A DNA stretch of 64,000 nucleotides from positions 25,761-89,760 of the forward strand of contig JBJKSX010000053.1 in NCBI GenBank assembly GCA_046703545.1, in the 5' to 3' direction. This DNA is from Thermoplasmataceae archaeon (GTDB lineage Archaea > Thermoplasmatota > Thermoplasmata > Thermoplasmatales > Thermoplasmataceae). Below the pieces are notes generated by a model. That model had not been told where the DNA came from and did not search any database. It saw nothing but the letters and a program-made list of their open reading frames with translations. The stretch's first letter is position 1. Every line of letters starts with the position of its first letter. Position numbers and translations under genes: made by a program. This document shows positions 9,709 through 18,735 of this stretch, piece after piece.

Positions 9709-10755
9709 GTGTTGGCAGGAAAAAAAGGTGGTGCCCGCAAGAGGGCTCTGCAAATTATTCGGGATTCTGGTTCCAGGGGAATTGGACAAAAGGATCTGGA
9801 GAAGGCTCTGGGGATTTCCAAGTCGTACTGTTCCGAAGTGGTTGCGGGGCTGAACAGTGATGGACTCATAGTGAAGGCTGGAAGGAAGGGAATTGGTTCC
9901 ACCATTTACATTCTTGAATTTTACCCGGGAAAATTGGAGGGCATCTTCAGGGCAGGGCTGCTGAAATCTTCCGAATATATTCCTTCCATGGCATTTCTCA
10001 TGGACTCTGCAGCTTCCATTGGGTCAAGGGTGGTCTTCAGGTTCTACGACAGCACAATGGAACTGATAGGGGATTTGAAAGCGGGTTCTCTGGAATTTGC
10101 CCTTGCCCCCACCAATGCTCTTATCCTTTCCGCACTGCTTTCCTCAGACTTGAAAATACATTCAGGCCTTTCCTCGGGAGGTTCAGGAATCATATATTCA
10201 AAGGAATGGCGCAAAGACGCACTCCTGAGCACAGAAGTCTCCACCATGATCTCAATGAGCATACACGCCCCGGACAGTGAAACTCCTGAGGAGATAGAGA
10301 CATTTTCTGACCCGGAGAAGGGCCTGGCAAAATTCGTTGACGAGAAGTACAGGGCCATCGCAATATGGGAACCTTACCTGAGCGCCTTCAGGAAGGATTT
10401 CTCTCCTGAAAAAGTGGTGAAATATGAAAGCATTATGGACCGGTTTCCCTGCTGTTCGCTTGTCACCACAAGGCCATTCTGGTTGCGAAACGGGGAAAGC
10501 TTTGGTCAAAGGATGCAGGATTTCTTGGACGGAACAGTAACAGGGTTTGAAAATGGCGGGTCGATTGATAAAGCTGTGGAGATAGTTTCCGAGGCCCTGA
10601 AAATGAAACCTGAACTCATAAGGGAAAGCATGGGGTCCTATGATTTTTTAAGCCGGAAGATCAGCAGAAAAATGCTGGCTTCCTTGGGAATATCTCTGTC
10701 CATGAGGCAGGAGAAACAGATATTTGCTTCAGGCCTCATCATTTATGATAGATGA
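9709..10755 (+). CDS. Winged-HTH regulator fused to an SsuA/NMT1-like (NitT/TauT-type) substrate-binding domain
   Basis: The N-terminus 'ALQIIRDSGSRGIGQKDLEKALGISKSYCSEVVAGLNSDGLIVKAGRKG' is wHTH-like. The rest resembles periplasmic-binding fold class II ('FRAGLLKSSEYIP', 'LKAGSLEFALAP', 'AIAIWEPYLSAF'). There is no signal peptide or lipobox. The start is GTG 9709 or TTG 9712. Confidence 0.55.
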   Translation: MLAGKKGGARKRALQIIRDSGSRGIGQKDLEKALGISKSYCSEVVAGLNSDGLIVKAGRKGIGSTIYILEFYPGKLEGIFRAGLLKSSEYIPSMAFLMDSAASIGSRVVFRFYDSTMELIGDLKAGSLEFALAPTNALILSALLSSDLKIHSGLSSGGSGIIYSKEWRKDALLSTEVSTMISMSIHAPDSETPEEIETFSDPEKGLAKFVDEKYRAIAIWEPYLSAFRKDFSPEKVVKYESIMDRFPCCSLVTTRPFWLRNGESFGQRMQDFLDGTVTGFENGGSIDKAVEIVSEALKMKPELIRESMGSYDFLSRKISRKMLASLGISLSMRQEKQIFASGLIIYDR

Positions 10756-12351
10756 CAGTTCGGTTATATTTATTTCAAGAAGAGAAACTGGGTTCTTGAG
10801 TTCGAATGCCTCGAGTGCAGTTGGGTGGACTTCCCCTATAATTCCAATGTCCCTTCCATTGACAAGCACATTTCCGCACCTGCCCTCAACCAGCATTTCG
10901 AGCTTTGCAGGCTTTACGTATAGATTCTGGACTCCAAGCCTTACTGTCAAGGCATCCAGGACCTGCTTTATGCCGGAATACCCTGATTTTGAGTCTGCCC
11001 TCACGATACAAAGGCTGGAATGCTGCTCCGCGTCCTTCAGTACCTCCCCTATTTCGAACAGGTTCTGAGGGAGGTTGCGCCTCTTGTTGATGCGAAGGAA
11101 GTCCAGAGCGCCTAAAGAAAGCCTGTCTCTGACCACACTGAAATCAAGGCTCTTGGGGTTCTGCACCTCAAGGCCACCTTTGTACTCAACATTCCCGAAG
11201 AATTTTCTTGATGTGACCACGTAACTCATTATTTCCTGATGCCCGAGCCCAACCATCACTTCCCTCAGCAGGTTCTGGAAAGATTTGTGTTTGACCTCAT
11301 CCCCGATCAGGTTCAATTGTGGGCGGCTTGGAACTATATTGTCATAGCCGAATCCTTTGGCAATATCCTCGATAACATCCGCTGGCCCCATAACGTCTCC
11401 CCTGTTTCCAGGGATCGCAACATTGTATGTGCCCTTTCCAACGCTGCATCCGTATCCCATTCTCTCCAGTATCGCCTTCACTTCCTTGGGAGGGATGTCT
11501 GTGCCGGTGAGTTCTCTGACGTCGTCTGACGAAATGCCCATGATCCTGCCATCGAATTTCATCGACTCTGAAAGGTCGTTGAAATTGGAAAGGGATATTT
11601 TGTAGCCCAGGTCGAAGAAGAAATATGCCAGCTGGTAAAATGAGTCCCTCAGGGCCTTCAGGTCCGTTCCGGTCACATCGATGAAGAATGAGCTGGTTTC
11701 AGGGGATACAGCCGTGGTGTTGCCGTTTATGACGGGGGGCATGGAAAGCACATGGTGCCTGTTGTCCTCAATAATTGGAACTTCATCTTCAGAGGGGATT
11801 AGATGGGCATACTGCCTCCCCTTTGGGTGTTTGGCCAGTATTGACATTGCAGTTCCACTGACTTCCCCGTCGTAGGTTGTAAATGAAACCTTGTCTGAAT
11901 CATATGCCTTATAGTGTATTGGGCCCTGCAGCCCCTTGGTGTCATGAATTCCTATGGAGACTTTCGAACGGTCTTTTCCCGTTGATGCATGAATCCTTTC
12001 CTGGTAATCGATGAGATCCCTGAAATGCTCTCCTATCTGCCTGCCCTGGCAGCAGAAGCCCACAGTGTACGGGCGAAGTTTCCTGACATCTTCATGTATT
12101 ATGAAATCTAGGCTGTTGCTTCCATATGAGAGTGGTTTCCACGAACTCTTGCCGTCATAGACTTCCATGGATTTGTGCAATGATGTGAAAGAAAAAAGAT
12201 CGGGCCTGTCTGGATTGAATTCAACTTTAACTTCCTGGCCCTCTTCTTCAAGGGTGTACCCGATTATTCCGGAATAGCGGTCAAGCCTTGAAACAAAATC
12301 ATTTCCGTAGAGTTTGGATAGCACAGACCGGGATTCCTTGATCACAACCAT
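10729..12351 (-). CDS. pheT: Phenylalanine--tRNA ligase beta subunit (archaeal type)
   Basis: 540 aa, the typical archaeal PheT length. 'EVKVEFNPDRPDLFS' and the B3/4 plus B5 domain layout fit. A TATA-like 'ctttataaaag' lies about 26 nt upstream of the ATG. Confidence 0.85.
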   Translation of the reverse strand: MVVIKESRSVLSKLYGNDFVSRLDRYSGIIGYTLEEEGQEVKVEFNPDRPDLFSFTSLHKSMEVYDGKSSWKPLSYGSNSLDFIIHEDVRKLRPYTVGFCCQGRQIGEHFRDLIDYQERIHASTGKDRSKVSIGIHDTKGLQGPIHYKAYDSDKVSFTTYDGEVSGTAMSILAKHPKGRQYAHLIPSEDEVPIIEDNRHHVLSMPPVINGNTTAVSPETSSFFIDVTGTDLKALRDSFYQLAYFFFDLGYKISLSNFNDLSESMKFDGRIMGISSDDVRELTGTDIPPKEVKAILERMGYGCSVGKGTYNVAIPGNRGDVMGPADVIEDIAKGFGYDNIVPSRPQLNLIGDEVKHKSFQNLLREVMVGLGHQEIMSYVVTSRKFFGNVEYKGGLEVQNPKSLDFSVVRDRLSLGALDFLRINKRRNLPQNLFEIGEVLKDAEQHSSLCIVRADSKSGYSGIKQVLDALTVRLGVQNLYVKPAKLEMLVEGRCGNVLVNGRDIGIIGEVHPTALEAFELKNPVSLLEINITELSSIINDEA

Positions 12352-12431
12352 TTAACCCATAATCCATGCAACTTTTATAAAGATGTTATTGGGCAGTGGC
12401 TCACTGCAGCATAAAGAACGGAACGCAGAGC

Positions 12432-12770
12432 CTATTTGGCATTCTCTTCCTTGGAGATCTCCCTGATTTCCTTGTTTATTTTGTTAAGGGTGTAATCCCG
12501 CAGGATCACGCGGATGAGATCATCCAGTGAAATCGCCGAGCCCTGGTCAAGTTCTGTTTCCAGCTCTGAAATCATCTTCTTTGGCAAAACCAGGTCAATC
12601 TTGGACGTTGGCCCTTTTCTGTAGTTCCTTTCTATGAATTCATCTATGGCCCTTCTGACTATGTCAGATACGGTCTCGTACTGGAAATTTTCCACCAGCT
12701 CCTCAAGCTGCCCCATTGTCTCCTTCGAAAGTCTTACTGTGATTCTGTATGGAACTGACAACATTTTCAC
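12432..12770 (-). CDS. Ribbon-helix-helix (CopG/Arc-like) DNA-binding protein
   Basis: The N-terminus 'YRITVRLSKETMGQLEELVENFQYETVSDIVRRAIDEFIERN' shows the beta-strand / helix / helix RHH pattern. Confidence 0.6.
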   Translation of the reverse strand: MKMLSVPYRITVRLSKETMGQLEELVENFQYETVSDIVRRAIDEFIERNYRKGPTSKIDLVLPKKMISELETELDQGSAISLDDLIRVILRDYTLNKINKEIREISKEENAK

Positions 12771-13004
12771 CTTATGAACTGGGATGAATTGACTGACATC
12801 AGACAGTACGATTCATCATACATTCGTCTGACAAATTGATGCGCAAATATAAACTTTGTTGGTTTAAATCTTCCCGAAATATTTCTCCAAACTTCACCTG
12901 AGGCCCCGTTTTGCGGAGTGTGGAACTGACTAACCATGAAAATTGCCGAACTGAAGGCGCAGCTCAATGGTCAATCTTAAATTACAGCCTATCAATTCAG
13001 GGCC

Positions 13005-13523
13005 ATGGCAATCACCGTTGGAAAGAATTGCTTCATAGCCAATACTGCAGTGCTGATTGGAAATGTGACCATTGGAGACAACGTTGCCATATTTGACCAT
13101 ACTGTGCTTAGGGGCGACATGAACAGCATAACCGTCGGAGACTACTCAAATATCCAGGATAATGTAACGGTTCATACTGACATAGATAATCCGGCCGTTA
13201 TTGGGAAAAATGTCTCAGTGGGGCACAATGCCATTGTGCATGGCGCTACCCTGGGGGACGAGATCATTGTGGGAATGGGGGCCATTGTGATGAACGGTGC
13301 CAGAATCTCGTCAGGATCTGTAGTGGCCGCAGGCACTGTAGTGACCCAGGGAACCGAAGTCCCCGAGAATTCTCTAATTGCGGGAGTGCCGGGAAAGGTC
13401 AAGAGAGAAAGCGACCCGGGCTTGAGGGAATATGCAAGGGCAAATGCGCAATCATATGGCGTTCTGAGGGAGAAGCACCTCAAGGGCGACTTTCCACGGA
13501 AAACCGGTTCAGATTTTCCCTGA
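13005..13523 (+). CDS. Gamma-class carbonic anhydrase-like / hexapeptide-repeat (LbH) protein
   Basis: Left-handed beta-helix hexapeptide repeats ('[28 protein letters not shown]...[16 protein letters not shown]') with the conserved His pattern of the YrdA/PaaY/CamH family. Confidence 0.8.
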   Translation: MAITVGKNCFIANTAVLIGNVTIGDNVAIFDHTVLRGDMNSITVGDYSNIQDNVTVHTDIDNPAVIGKNVSVGHNAIVHGATLGDEIIVGMGAIVMNGARISSGSVVAAGTVVTQGTEVPENSLIAGVPGKVKRESDPGLREYARANAQSYGVLREKHLKGDFPRKTGSDFP

Positions 13524-13579
13524 GAGAAACCACCTACATAGGGCCATACAGTGTTCCATACATATTTCCTTACATCACC

Positions 13580-13588
13580 ATAAATATA
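13580..13588 (+). promoter_or_regulatory. TATA-box candidate for the archaellum operon
   Basis: 'ATAAATATA' sits about 60 nt upstream of the flaB ATG (13646). A 'GAGGTG' Shine-Dalgarno at 13636-13641 lies just before that ATG. Confidence 0.4.
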
Positions 13589-13645
13589 CTTCTATGCAAA
13601 AAAGCGATATTAGTCATTTCAGCCATCGGATGGTTGAGGTGTCTA

Positions 13646-14353
13646 ATGAATAGAACACTATATAGAGGAGTAAAAAAACTCCAGAGAGCATTCAGCCTTA
13701 AGGCCAATAAGGCTGAGACAGGAATCGGTACCCTGATTATATTTATAGCCATGGTACTGGTGGCAGCAGTTGCCGCAACTGTGCTTATACACACAGCTGG
13801 CAATCTGCAGCAGAAAGCGACTAGCACAGGAACACAGACCACACAGCAGGTCTCATCTGGCCTCTCGGTGTCATCCGTTTGGGGACTGGACCAGGCAACA
13901 CCAACAGAATCTGGAAACATAACCTGGCTCGCTATCTACGTTACACCTAACGCAGGCAGCAGCGGAATAAACCTGAACCAGACCACAGTGCAGCTTGTAT
14001 ACAATGGTGTATCTGCATCACTGACATACAACGCAACAGCTAGCGGATTCCACAAGTTGACCTCAGGAACCAGCAACGTGTTTGCTTCAGCAAACCTCGC
14101 AGGAGCTAACTCAACGAAGTTCGCAGTGCTCGACCTTAAGGACCCGTCATCATCAATGACACAGAACTACCCGGTCATAACCAACGGTGGGGAAGCAGTC
14201 ATTCTCGTTAACGTGACAGCAGTCTTTGCAGGATCCGGCATAACGCAGAACTCACAGGTTTCTGGCCAGGTCTCACCACAGGTCGGATCACCAGGAGTAA
14301 TCCAGTTCTACGCACCGTTTGCTTACACGCAGGAAGTAATGCAGCTCCAGTAA
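13646..14353 (+). CDS. flaB: Archaellin (FlaB/ArlB), single copy
   Basis: Class III signal peptide plus the conserved hydrophobic N-terminus '[27 protein letters not shown]'. Five N-x-S/T sequons. ATG 13646 is preferred over the listed TTG 13634 because of the GAGGTG SD. Confidence 0.85.
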   Translation: MNRTLYRGVKKLQRAFSLKANKAETGIGTLIIFIAMVLVAAVAATVLIHTAGNLQQKATSTGTQTTQQVSSGLSVSSVWGLDQATPTESGNITWLAIYVTPNAGSSGINLNQTTVQLVYNGVSASLTYNATASGFHKLTSGTSNVFASANLAGANSTKFAVLDLKDPSSSMTQNYPVITNGGEAVILVNVTAVFAGSGITQNSQVSGQVSPQVGSPGVIQFYAPFAYTQEVMQLQ

Positions 14354-14388
14354 GCTGCTTACTTTCTCCTATTTGAACAGTGATCACT

Positions 14389-14877
14389 ATGGGTCTCTTA
14401 GATAATATAAAGGGCTTAGGAAAAAAGAAAAAAGAGACCACAGTCAACGTACCCCAACCGAACGCACCAATTGAACCACCAATCAGCAATCAACAGTCAC
14501 AGGGAATGGACAGTAAATTCATAGATGGTGTCAATCAAAGAATCGGCGCGGTTGAAAATGAAATCAGTAAACTGAACGTGTCAATGGAGACCGCAAAGAG
14601 GAACATATCTGAAATAAAGGATGACCTTGAATCACTGAAGGAGAATGTTAAAATGGTAGTATCATTATATGAAATGGTATCGAAGAAATTCAATCCATTT
14701 ATGGACATCACCCCGGAGGAGATCAAGGAAGTCACTGACGAGCTCAGGGAGAACATAAGGAGCCTCGAGCTGCTCGTGCAATATGCAATGGGCGATCTGA
14801 GGGAACTTTATGGGACACCTGACATAGACGATGTGCTTTCAGATTTGGAACACCAGGAGGATGCAAATGATCAATGA
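14389..14877 (+). CDS. flaC: Archaellum accessory protein FlaC-like (coiled coil)
   Basis: Coiled-coil 'VENEISKLNVSMETAKRNISEIKDDLESLKENVKMVVSLYEMVSKKFNPF' is typical of the FlaC family. It is positioned directly after the archaellin gene. Confidence 0.7.
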   Translation: MGLLDNIKGLGKKKKETTVNVPQPNAPIEPPISNQQSQGMDSKFIDGVNQRIGAVENEISKLNVSMETAKRNISEIKDDLESLKENVKMVVSLYEMVSKKFNPFMDITPEEIKEVTDELRENIRSLELLVQYAMGDLRELYGTPDIDDVLSDLEHQEDANDQ

Positions 14878-15565
14878 TGCACTGAAGAGTTTTCTGCAGA
14901 CCAAAATGGACTCTGCAGATAAAACGATCCCAAAGTTTGTACTGGAAGAGCTTCGGCAGAAGATACTGAACTCACCAACGAAATTCTCAAAATCGGACAT
15001 AGAAGCCCTCTTTAACAACCTAGAACAAAGATACAGTGAAAGCAAAGAGAACTCTCTTCTGGGAAAGGTGGACAACCTTTTCAAGGAGATTTCCAACGTA
15101 GAAAAGATGCTATCCGGAGACGGATCGAAGAAGAAGAGTCCCAATGAACCAGAAGCAACGGAAACCCCGCCGGTTCAGGCAAGATACCCCTGGAAGGCCC
15201 ACAGAAAAGCCAAGCTGGAAACGCTTGGTGATGACGTAGTCTCTCTGATGGTGGCCCTGCGCTGGCTGGAATTCCTTCTGGACAACTATGGGCCTGAGAA
15301 CACCATGGATGTACTGGACTACTACGAGAGCATAGGCTGGATATCCCAGTCTGTGAAGGAGCAGATGATCAAGTTCACCAAAATGACGGGCCTGATCAGC
15401 GCAGTCCAGGAGTACAAGGTGAAACCATCTATCCAGGACCACATTGTGACCATGCTCTTCATCGAGAAACTCAACGGTGGCGAGATTACCAGAGATCTGA
15501 TCGAAGCGCTCGAGAGAGACTTCAGAATGTTGAAGAAGGGAGTCGACGAATTATATGGGATTTAG
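14861..15565 (+). CDS. flaD: Archaellum accessory protein FlaD/E-like
   Basis: The C-terminal 'VVSLMVALRWLEFLLDNYGPENTMDVLDYYESIGWISQSVKEQM' matches the FlaD/E domain. ATG 14861 is preceded by 'CAGGAGG' and overlaps the flaC stop. Confidence 0.75.
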   Translation: MQMINDALKSFLQTKMDSADKTIPKFVLEELRQKILNSPTKFSKSDIEALFNNLEQRYSESKENSLLGKVDNLFKEISNVEKMLSGDGSKKKSPNEPEATETPPVQARYPWKAHRKAKLETLGDDVVSLMVALRWLEFLLDNYGPENTMDVLDYYESIGWISQSVKEQMIKFTKMTGLISAVQEYKVKPSIQDHIVTMLFIEKLNGGEITRDLIEALERDFRMLKKGVDELYGI

Positions 15566-15977
15566 TTACGTTATAGCTGTGGCAGTATTGCTAAGCTCTT
15601 CCCTTATTTTTTTCGGAATGGTATACTCCGACTTCGTGCACGCGGATGCTCAGCTGAAAGGAGCACAGGACCAATTCAACCAGAACAATTACGATTACTT
15701 GAATTCACAGGTATCCCTTGATGGGTACAACTACACCCAGACGGGGTCCAACTTCACAGTAACGATGAACGTTACAAACACAGGGAGTGTCACCCTGGAC
15801 ATGAATGGCACAAACGTGTTGCTTAACGGTACGCTGGTTAACTTCACGTATTCCACCCAATATCTGTTCCCGCTTGGGAATGACAGCCTGACATTCAATG
15901 TCAGCGGGGCTGGAAACTACAGTGTAAACATGGTATTCGACACAGGATACCAGAAATATGCAAAGGTGACAGTATAA
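15555..15977 (+). CDS. flaF: Archaellum protein FlaF-like
   Basis: Archaellin-like hydrophobic N-terminus 'FSYVIAVAVLLSSSLIFFG' followed by a beta-rich domain. Operon position is after flaD/E, with an 11-nt overlap. Confidence 0.65.
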   Translation: MGFSYVIAVAVLLSSSLIFFGMVYSDFVHADAQLKGAQDQFNQNNYDYLNSQVSLDGYNYTQTGSNFTVTMNVTNTGSVTLDMNGTNVLLNGTLVNFTYSTQYLFPLGNDSLTFNVSGAGNYSVNMVFDTGYQKYAKVTV

Positions 15978-16424
15978 ATGGGATCATTGGCAACATCTGA
16001 AATGATATTCTTCATAGCCACACTGGTGCTCAGTGTGTCAGTAGTGGGAGTGCTGGGAGGCCAGACCGCCCACCTGACCATGGGCATGGAGAATTCCGCT
16101 AAAGGGACATCCAGCCTGATACAGACTGATTTCCAGATCATAAACGATCCGAGCCATGTCCCGTACAACAATGGATACGTGTTCTACATAAAAAACACAG
16201 GCGAGAACAGCATAGTGTTCACCAACAGTTCGGTCAGCGTCCTGATAAACGGGACTCTGATGACAGGCAGCCTGCTCAACGTCATATCTCCCGGCAATTC
16301 GGGGCAGATATTGCCAAGCCAGGTTGGTGAACTGGTTGTGAACACCACCATAGGGTCAGGCTACAACCAGATAACGGTTACCCTGTCAAATGGCCTGAGC
16401 AAGAACATGGAGTTCCAGGTTTAA
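15978..16424 (+). CDS. flaG: Archaellum protein FlaG-like
   Basis: N-terminal hydrophobic helix 'MIFFIATLVLSVSVVGVLGG'. The ATG immediately follows the flaF TAA. The order flaF-flaG is canonical. Confidence 0.65.
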   Translation: MGSLATSEMIFFIATLVLSVSVVGVLGGQTAHLTMGMENSAKGTSSLIQTDFQIINDPSHVPYNNGYVFYIKNTGENSIVFTNSSVSVLINGTLMTGSLLNVISPGNSGQILPSQVGELVVNTTIGSGYNQITVTLSNGLSKNMEFQV

Positions 16425-16434
16425 GGGAGAGAAT

Positions 16435-17106
16435 ATGTATCTGAACTTTTCCCTCGAGGGGGACGAACTGGACAGGAGAATGGGCGGCGGTCTGTACGTC
16501 GGCCAGGTGATTACCATAGAAGGAGGCAGCGGGGCAGGAAAAACACTCCTGTGTTTGAGATTAGCCTATGGTATGATAAAACATGGTACAACCATCGCCT
16601 ATGTCTCCTCCCAGTTTCCCGTTAGGGAATTCATGAATGAGGCGGAATCGCTTGGTTACCCGATGATGAACGAGATCCTCTCGGACCAGATCTCATTCAT
16701 CACTTCCGTCTTCCTGATGAGGAAAACCAAGAAGGCTAGGCTTGATGATCTGCTCAATCTGGAACAGATCAAGGAAAAGCAGGTCCTCATAATCGACTCC
16801 CTGAATCCGGAAATGTTCTCAGACTACGAGATTGGACAGTATTTCAGCAGGCTCAGGAAATTCTCTGAAAACAGGATTGTAATAGTCACTGTCAATCCTG
16901 CAGATGTCAGCAAGACAGGTCTATCCACAATCCATGAGCTCTCCACAACAATAATCGGCCTCAACACCAAGGAAGTTGCAGGCGAGAGGAAGCACATGGT
17001 TGACCTGATGAAATTCCCGATGGCACACCAGAGCTTCCAGCAGGCCATTCCTTTCAGGATAGAGCCCGGAAGGGGACTCATAGTGGAAATATCAAGCGTA
17101 TCATGA
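16435..17106 (+). CDS. flaH: Archaellum ATP-binding protein FlaH (RecA/KaiC-like)
   Basis: Walker A 'IEGGSGAGKTLLC', RecA-like layout, 223 aa, located between flaG and flaI. Confidence 0.8.
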   Translation: MYLNFSLEGDELDRRMGGGLYVGQVITIEGGSGAGKTLLCLRLAYGMIKHGTTIAYVSSQFPVREFMNEAESLGYPMMNEILSDQISFITSVFLMRKTKKARLDDLLNLEQIKEKQVLIIDSLNPEMFSDYEIGQYFSRLRKFSENRIVIVTVNPADVSKTGLSTIHELSTTIIGLNTKEVAGERKHMVDLMKFPMAHQSFQQAIPFRIEPGRGLIVEISSVS

Positions 17107-17115
17107 GGTAAAAGA

Positions 17116-18735
17116 ATGCCAGACTACATAGTATCAGACAGTCTGGAGGTAGCACTCCAGAGGAATCCGCATCTCGGAACATACCTGAGTGAATACAGGA
17201 TGCAGACCCAGAGGACGCCACAGTTCGTCCCGGTCCCTGACAACTCCCTCAGGGATATGGCATCACTAGACGTCATATACCCAGTGGGTGACCCAATCTT
17301 CATCCACATTTACAGTGACAATGGAAACCTGATCTACAAGCCAATAGAGCCTGACCTCACTCCCGAAGAGATAGGATTCATGGAGCAGATACTGACCGTG
17401 ATCCTGGGCTATGCAGCAGATTACCCTCCTCCGGAATCGGAAGAGGTGCTCGACCAGAATCTGGAAGAGATCTACAACAAGGCTGTCATACCGGGCTCCA
17501 CAAACAAGGTAAAGACGGCATCGGTGACCATTCTGCCAGACCTAAGGGACAAGATGCTCTACAACATCAAGAAGGATGTCATAGGGCTTGGACCCATAGA
17601 GCCGCTCATCAGGGATTCACACATTGAGGATATCAGCGGAATTGGGGCTACGGACATATTCATAGTTCACAAGATATTCGGCACTTTGAAGACCAGAATA
17701 AGCTTTGGGGACAACGACAGGCTTTCCATTTACAGCAAGAGGCTGAGCGAGAGAGTGGGAAGGCCGGTTTCGGACAAAACCCCAATCGTTGACGCAACCC
17801 TTCCTGATGGCTCCAGGCTTTCGATCGTGTACAGCAGTGATGTGTCCACAAGAGGGCCTAGCTTCACAATCAGGAAGTTTGCTGACATTCCCATCAGCAT
17901 TGTCCAGCTTGTAAGGTTCAACACCCTCTCCGCCGAGGAGGCCGCATACCTGTGGCTGGCTCTGGAATATGGGCAGAGCGTGTTCGTCTGCGGTGAAACT
18001 GCCAGTGGAAAGACAACTGTGGTCAATGCCATGATACCGTTCATCAGGCCGGAGTCAAAGATATTCAGTGCAGAGGATACCCCGGAAGTCAGGGCACCGC
18101 AGGATGCCTGGCAGCAGCTTGTGACAAGGGAAAGGGGTGCAGAGGACAGCCGTGTAACCCTGTTCGACCTGCTTAAGACTGCCCTGAGATCAAGGCCCAA
18201 CTACATCATTGTGGGAGAAATCAGGGGAGCTGAGGGATCGATGGCATTCCAGGCAATGCAGACGGGACATCCTGTCATTTCGACGTTTCACGCTGCCTCA
18301 GTCAAGAAGATGATACAGAGGTTCACGGGAACGCCAATCAATATACCTGTGACTTTCATGGATAACCTGAACATCGCCCTCATCCAGCAGGCAGTTTATG
18401 TCAATGGAAAATTCCTGAGGCGGACCACCAGCATCAATGAGATCGAGGGTTACTTTGAGGAACTTGGAGGAGTCTCAACAAAACAGGTCTTCCAGTGGGA
18501 TGCCACCAATGACAAGCACGTATTCAGGGGACTCAACAACAGCTACATCCTGGAGAAGAGGATTGCCCAGACAGCGGGCATGGCTGATCCAAAATCCATA
18601 TACGATGAGCTGTTCAAGCGTGCCAGAATAATTGAGTGGATGCTCCAGAACAACATAACTTCATATTACAAGGTTTTCGAACTCATAAAAACGTTCTACA
18701 TCAAGGGAGAAGCAGCAATTCCAGTATTCGGGTGA
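17116..18735 (+). CDS. flaI: Archaellum motor ATPase FlaI (type II/IV secretion ATPase superfamily)
   Basis: Walker A 'VCGETASGKTT', Walker B / Asp box 'YIIVGEIRGAEG', His box 'GHPVISTFHA'. Confidence 0.9.
   Translation: MPDYIVSDSLEVALQRNPHLGTYLSEYRMQTQRTPQFVPVPDNSLRDMASLDVIYPVGDPIFIHIYSDNGNLIYKPIEPDLTPEEIGFMEQILTVILGYAADYPPPESEEVLDQNLEEIYNKAVIPGSTNKVKTASVTILPDLRDKMLYNIKKDVIGLGPIEPLIRDSHIEDISGIGATDIFIVHKIFGTLKTRISFGDNDRLSIYSKRLSERVGRPVSDKTPIVDATLPDGSRLSIVYSSDVSTRGPSFTIRKFADIPISIVQLVRFNTLSAEEAAYLWLALEYGQSVFVCGETASGKTTVVNAMIPFIRPESKIFSAEDTPEVRAPQDAWQQLVTRERGAEDSRVTLFDLLKTALRSRPNYIIVGEIRGAEGSMAFQAMQTGHPVISTFHAASVKKMIQRFTGTPINIPVTFMDNLNIALIQQAVYVNGKFLRRTTSINEIEGYFEELGGVSTKQVFQWDATNDKHVFRGLNNSYILEKRIAQTAGMADPKSIYDELFKRARIIEWMLQNNITSYYKVFELIKTFYIKGEAAIPVFG

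Noticed and set aside
12767-13096. ORFs 12767-12967 (-) and 12911-13096 (+) in the divergent region between the RHH gene and the gamma-CA-like gene
   Set aside because: They are short and Cys/Trp/Arg-rich with unusual composition. They overlap the promoter region and the start of the LbH gene, and they have no signals.
18636-18731. Listed upstream start for flaJ (18636). Similar cases are TTG 13634 for flaB, TTG 20437 for the TPR gene, 52640 for the PRTase, 56665 for the deaminase, 28759 for the phosphatidyltransferase and 61987 for sdhD.
   Set aside because: These extensions overlap the preceding gene or a TATA element. Each has a better in-frame start downstream, with an SD, stop/start coupling or leaderless spacing.
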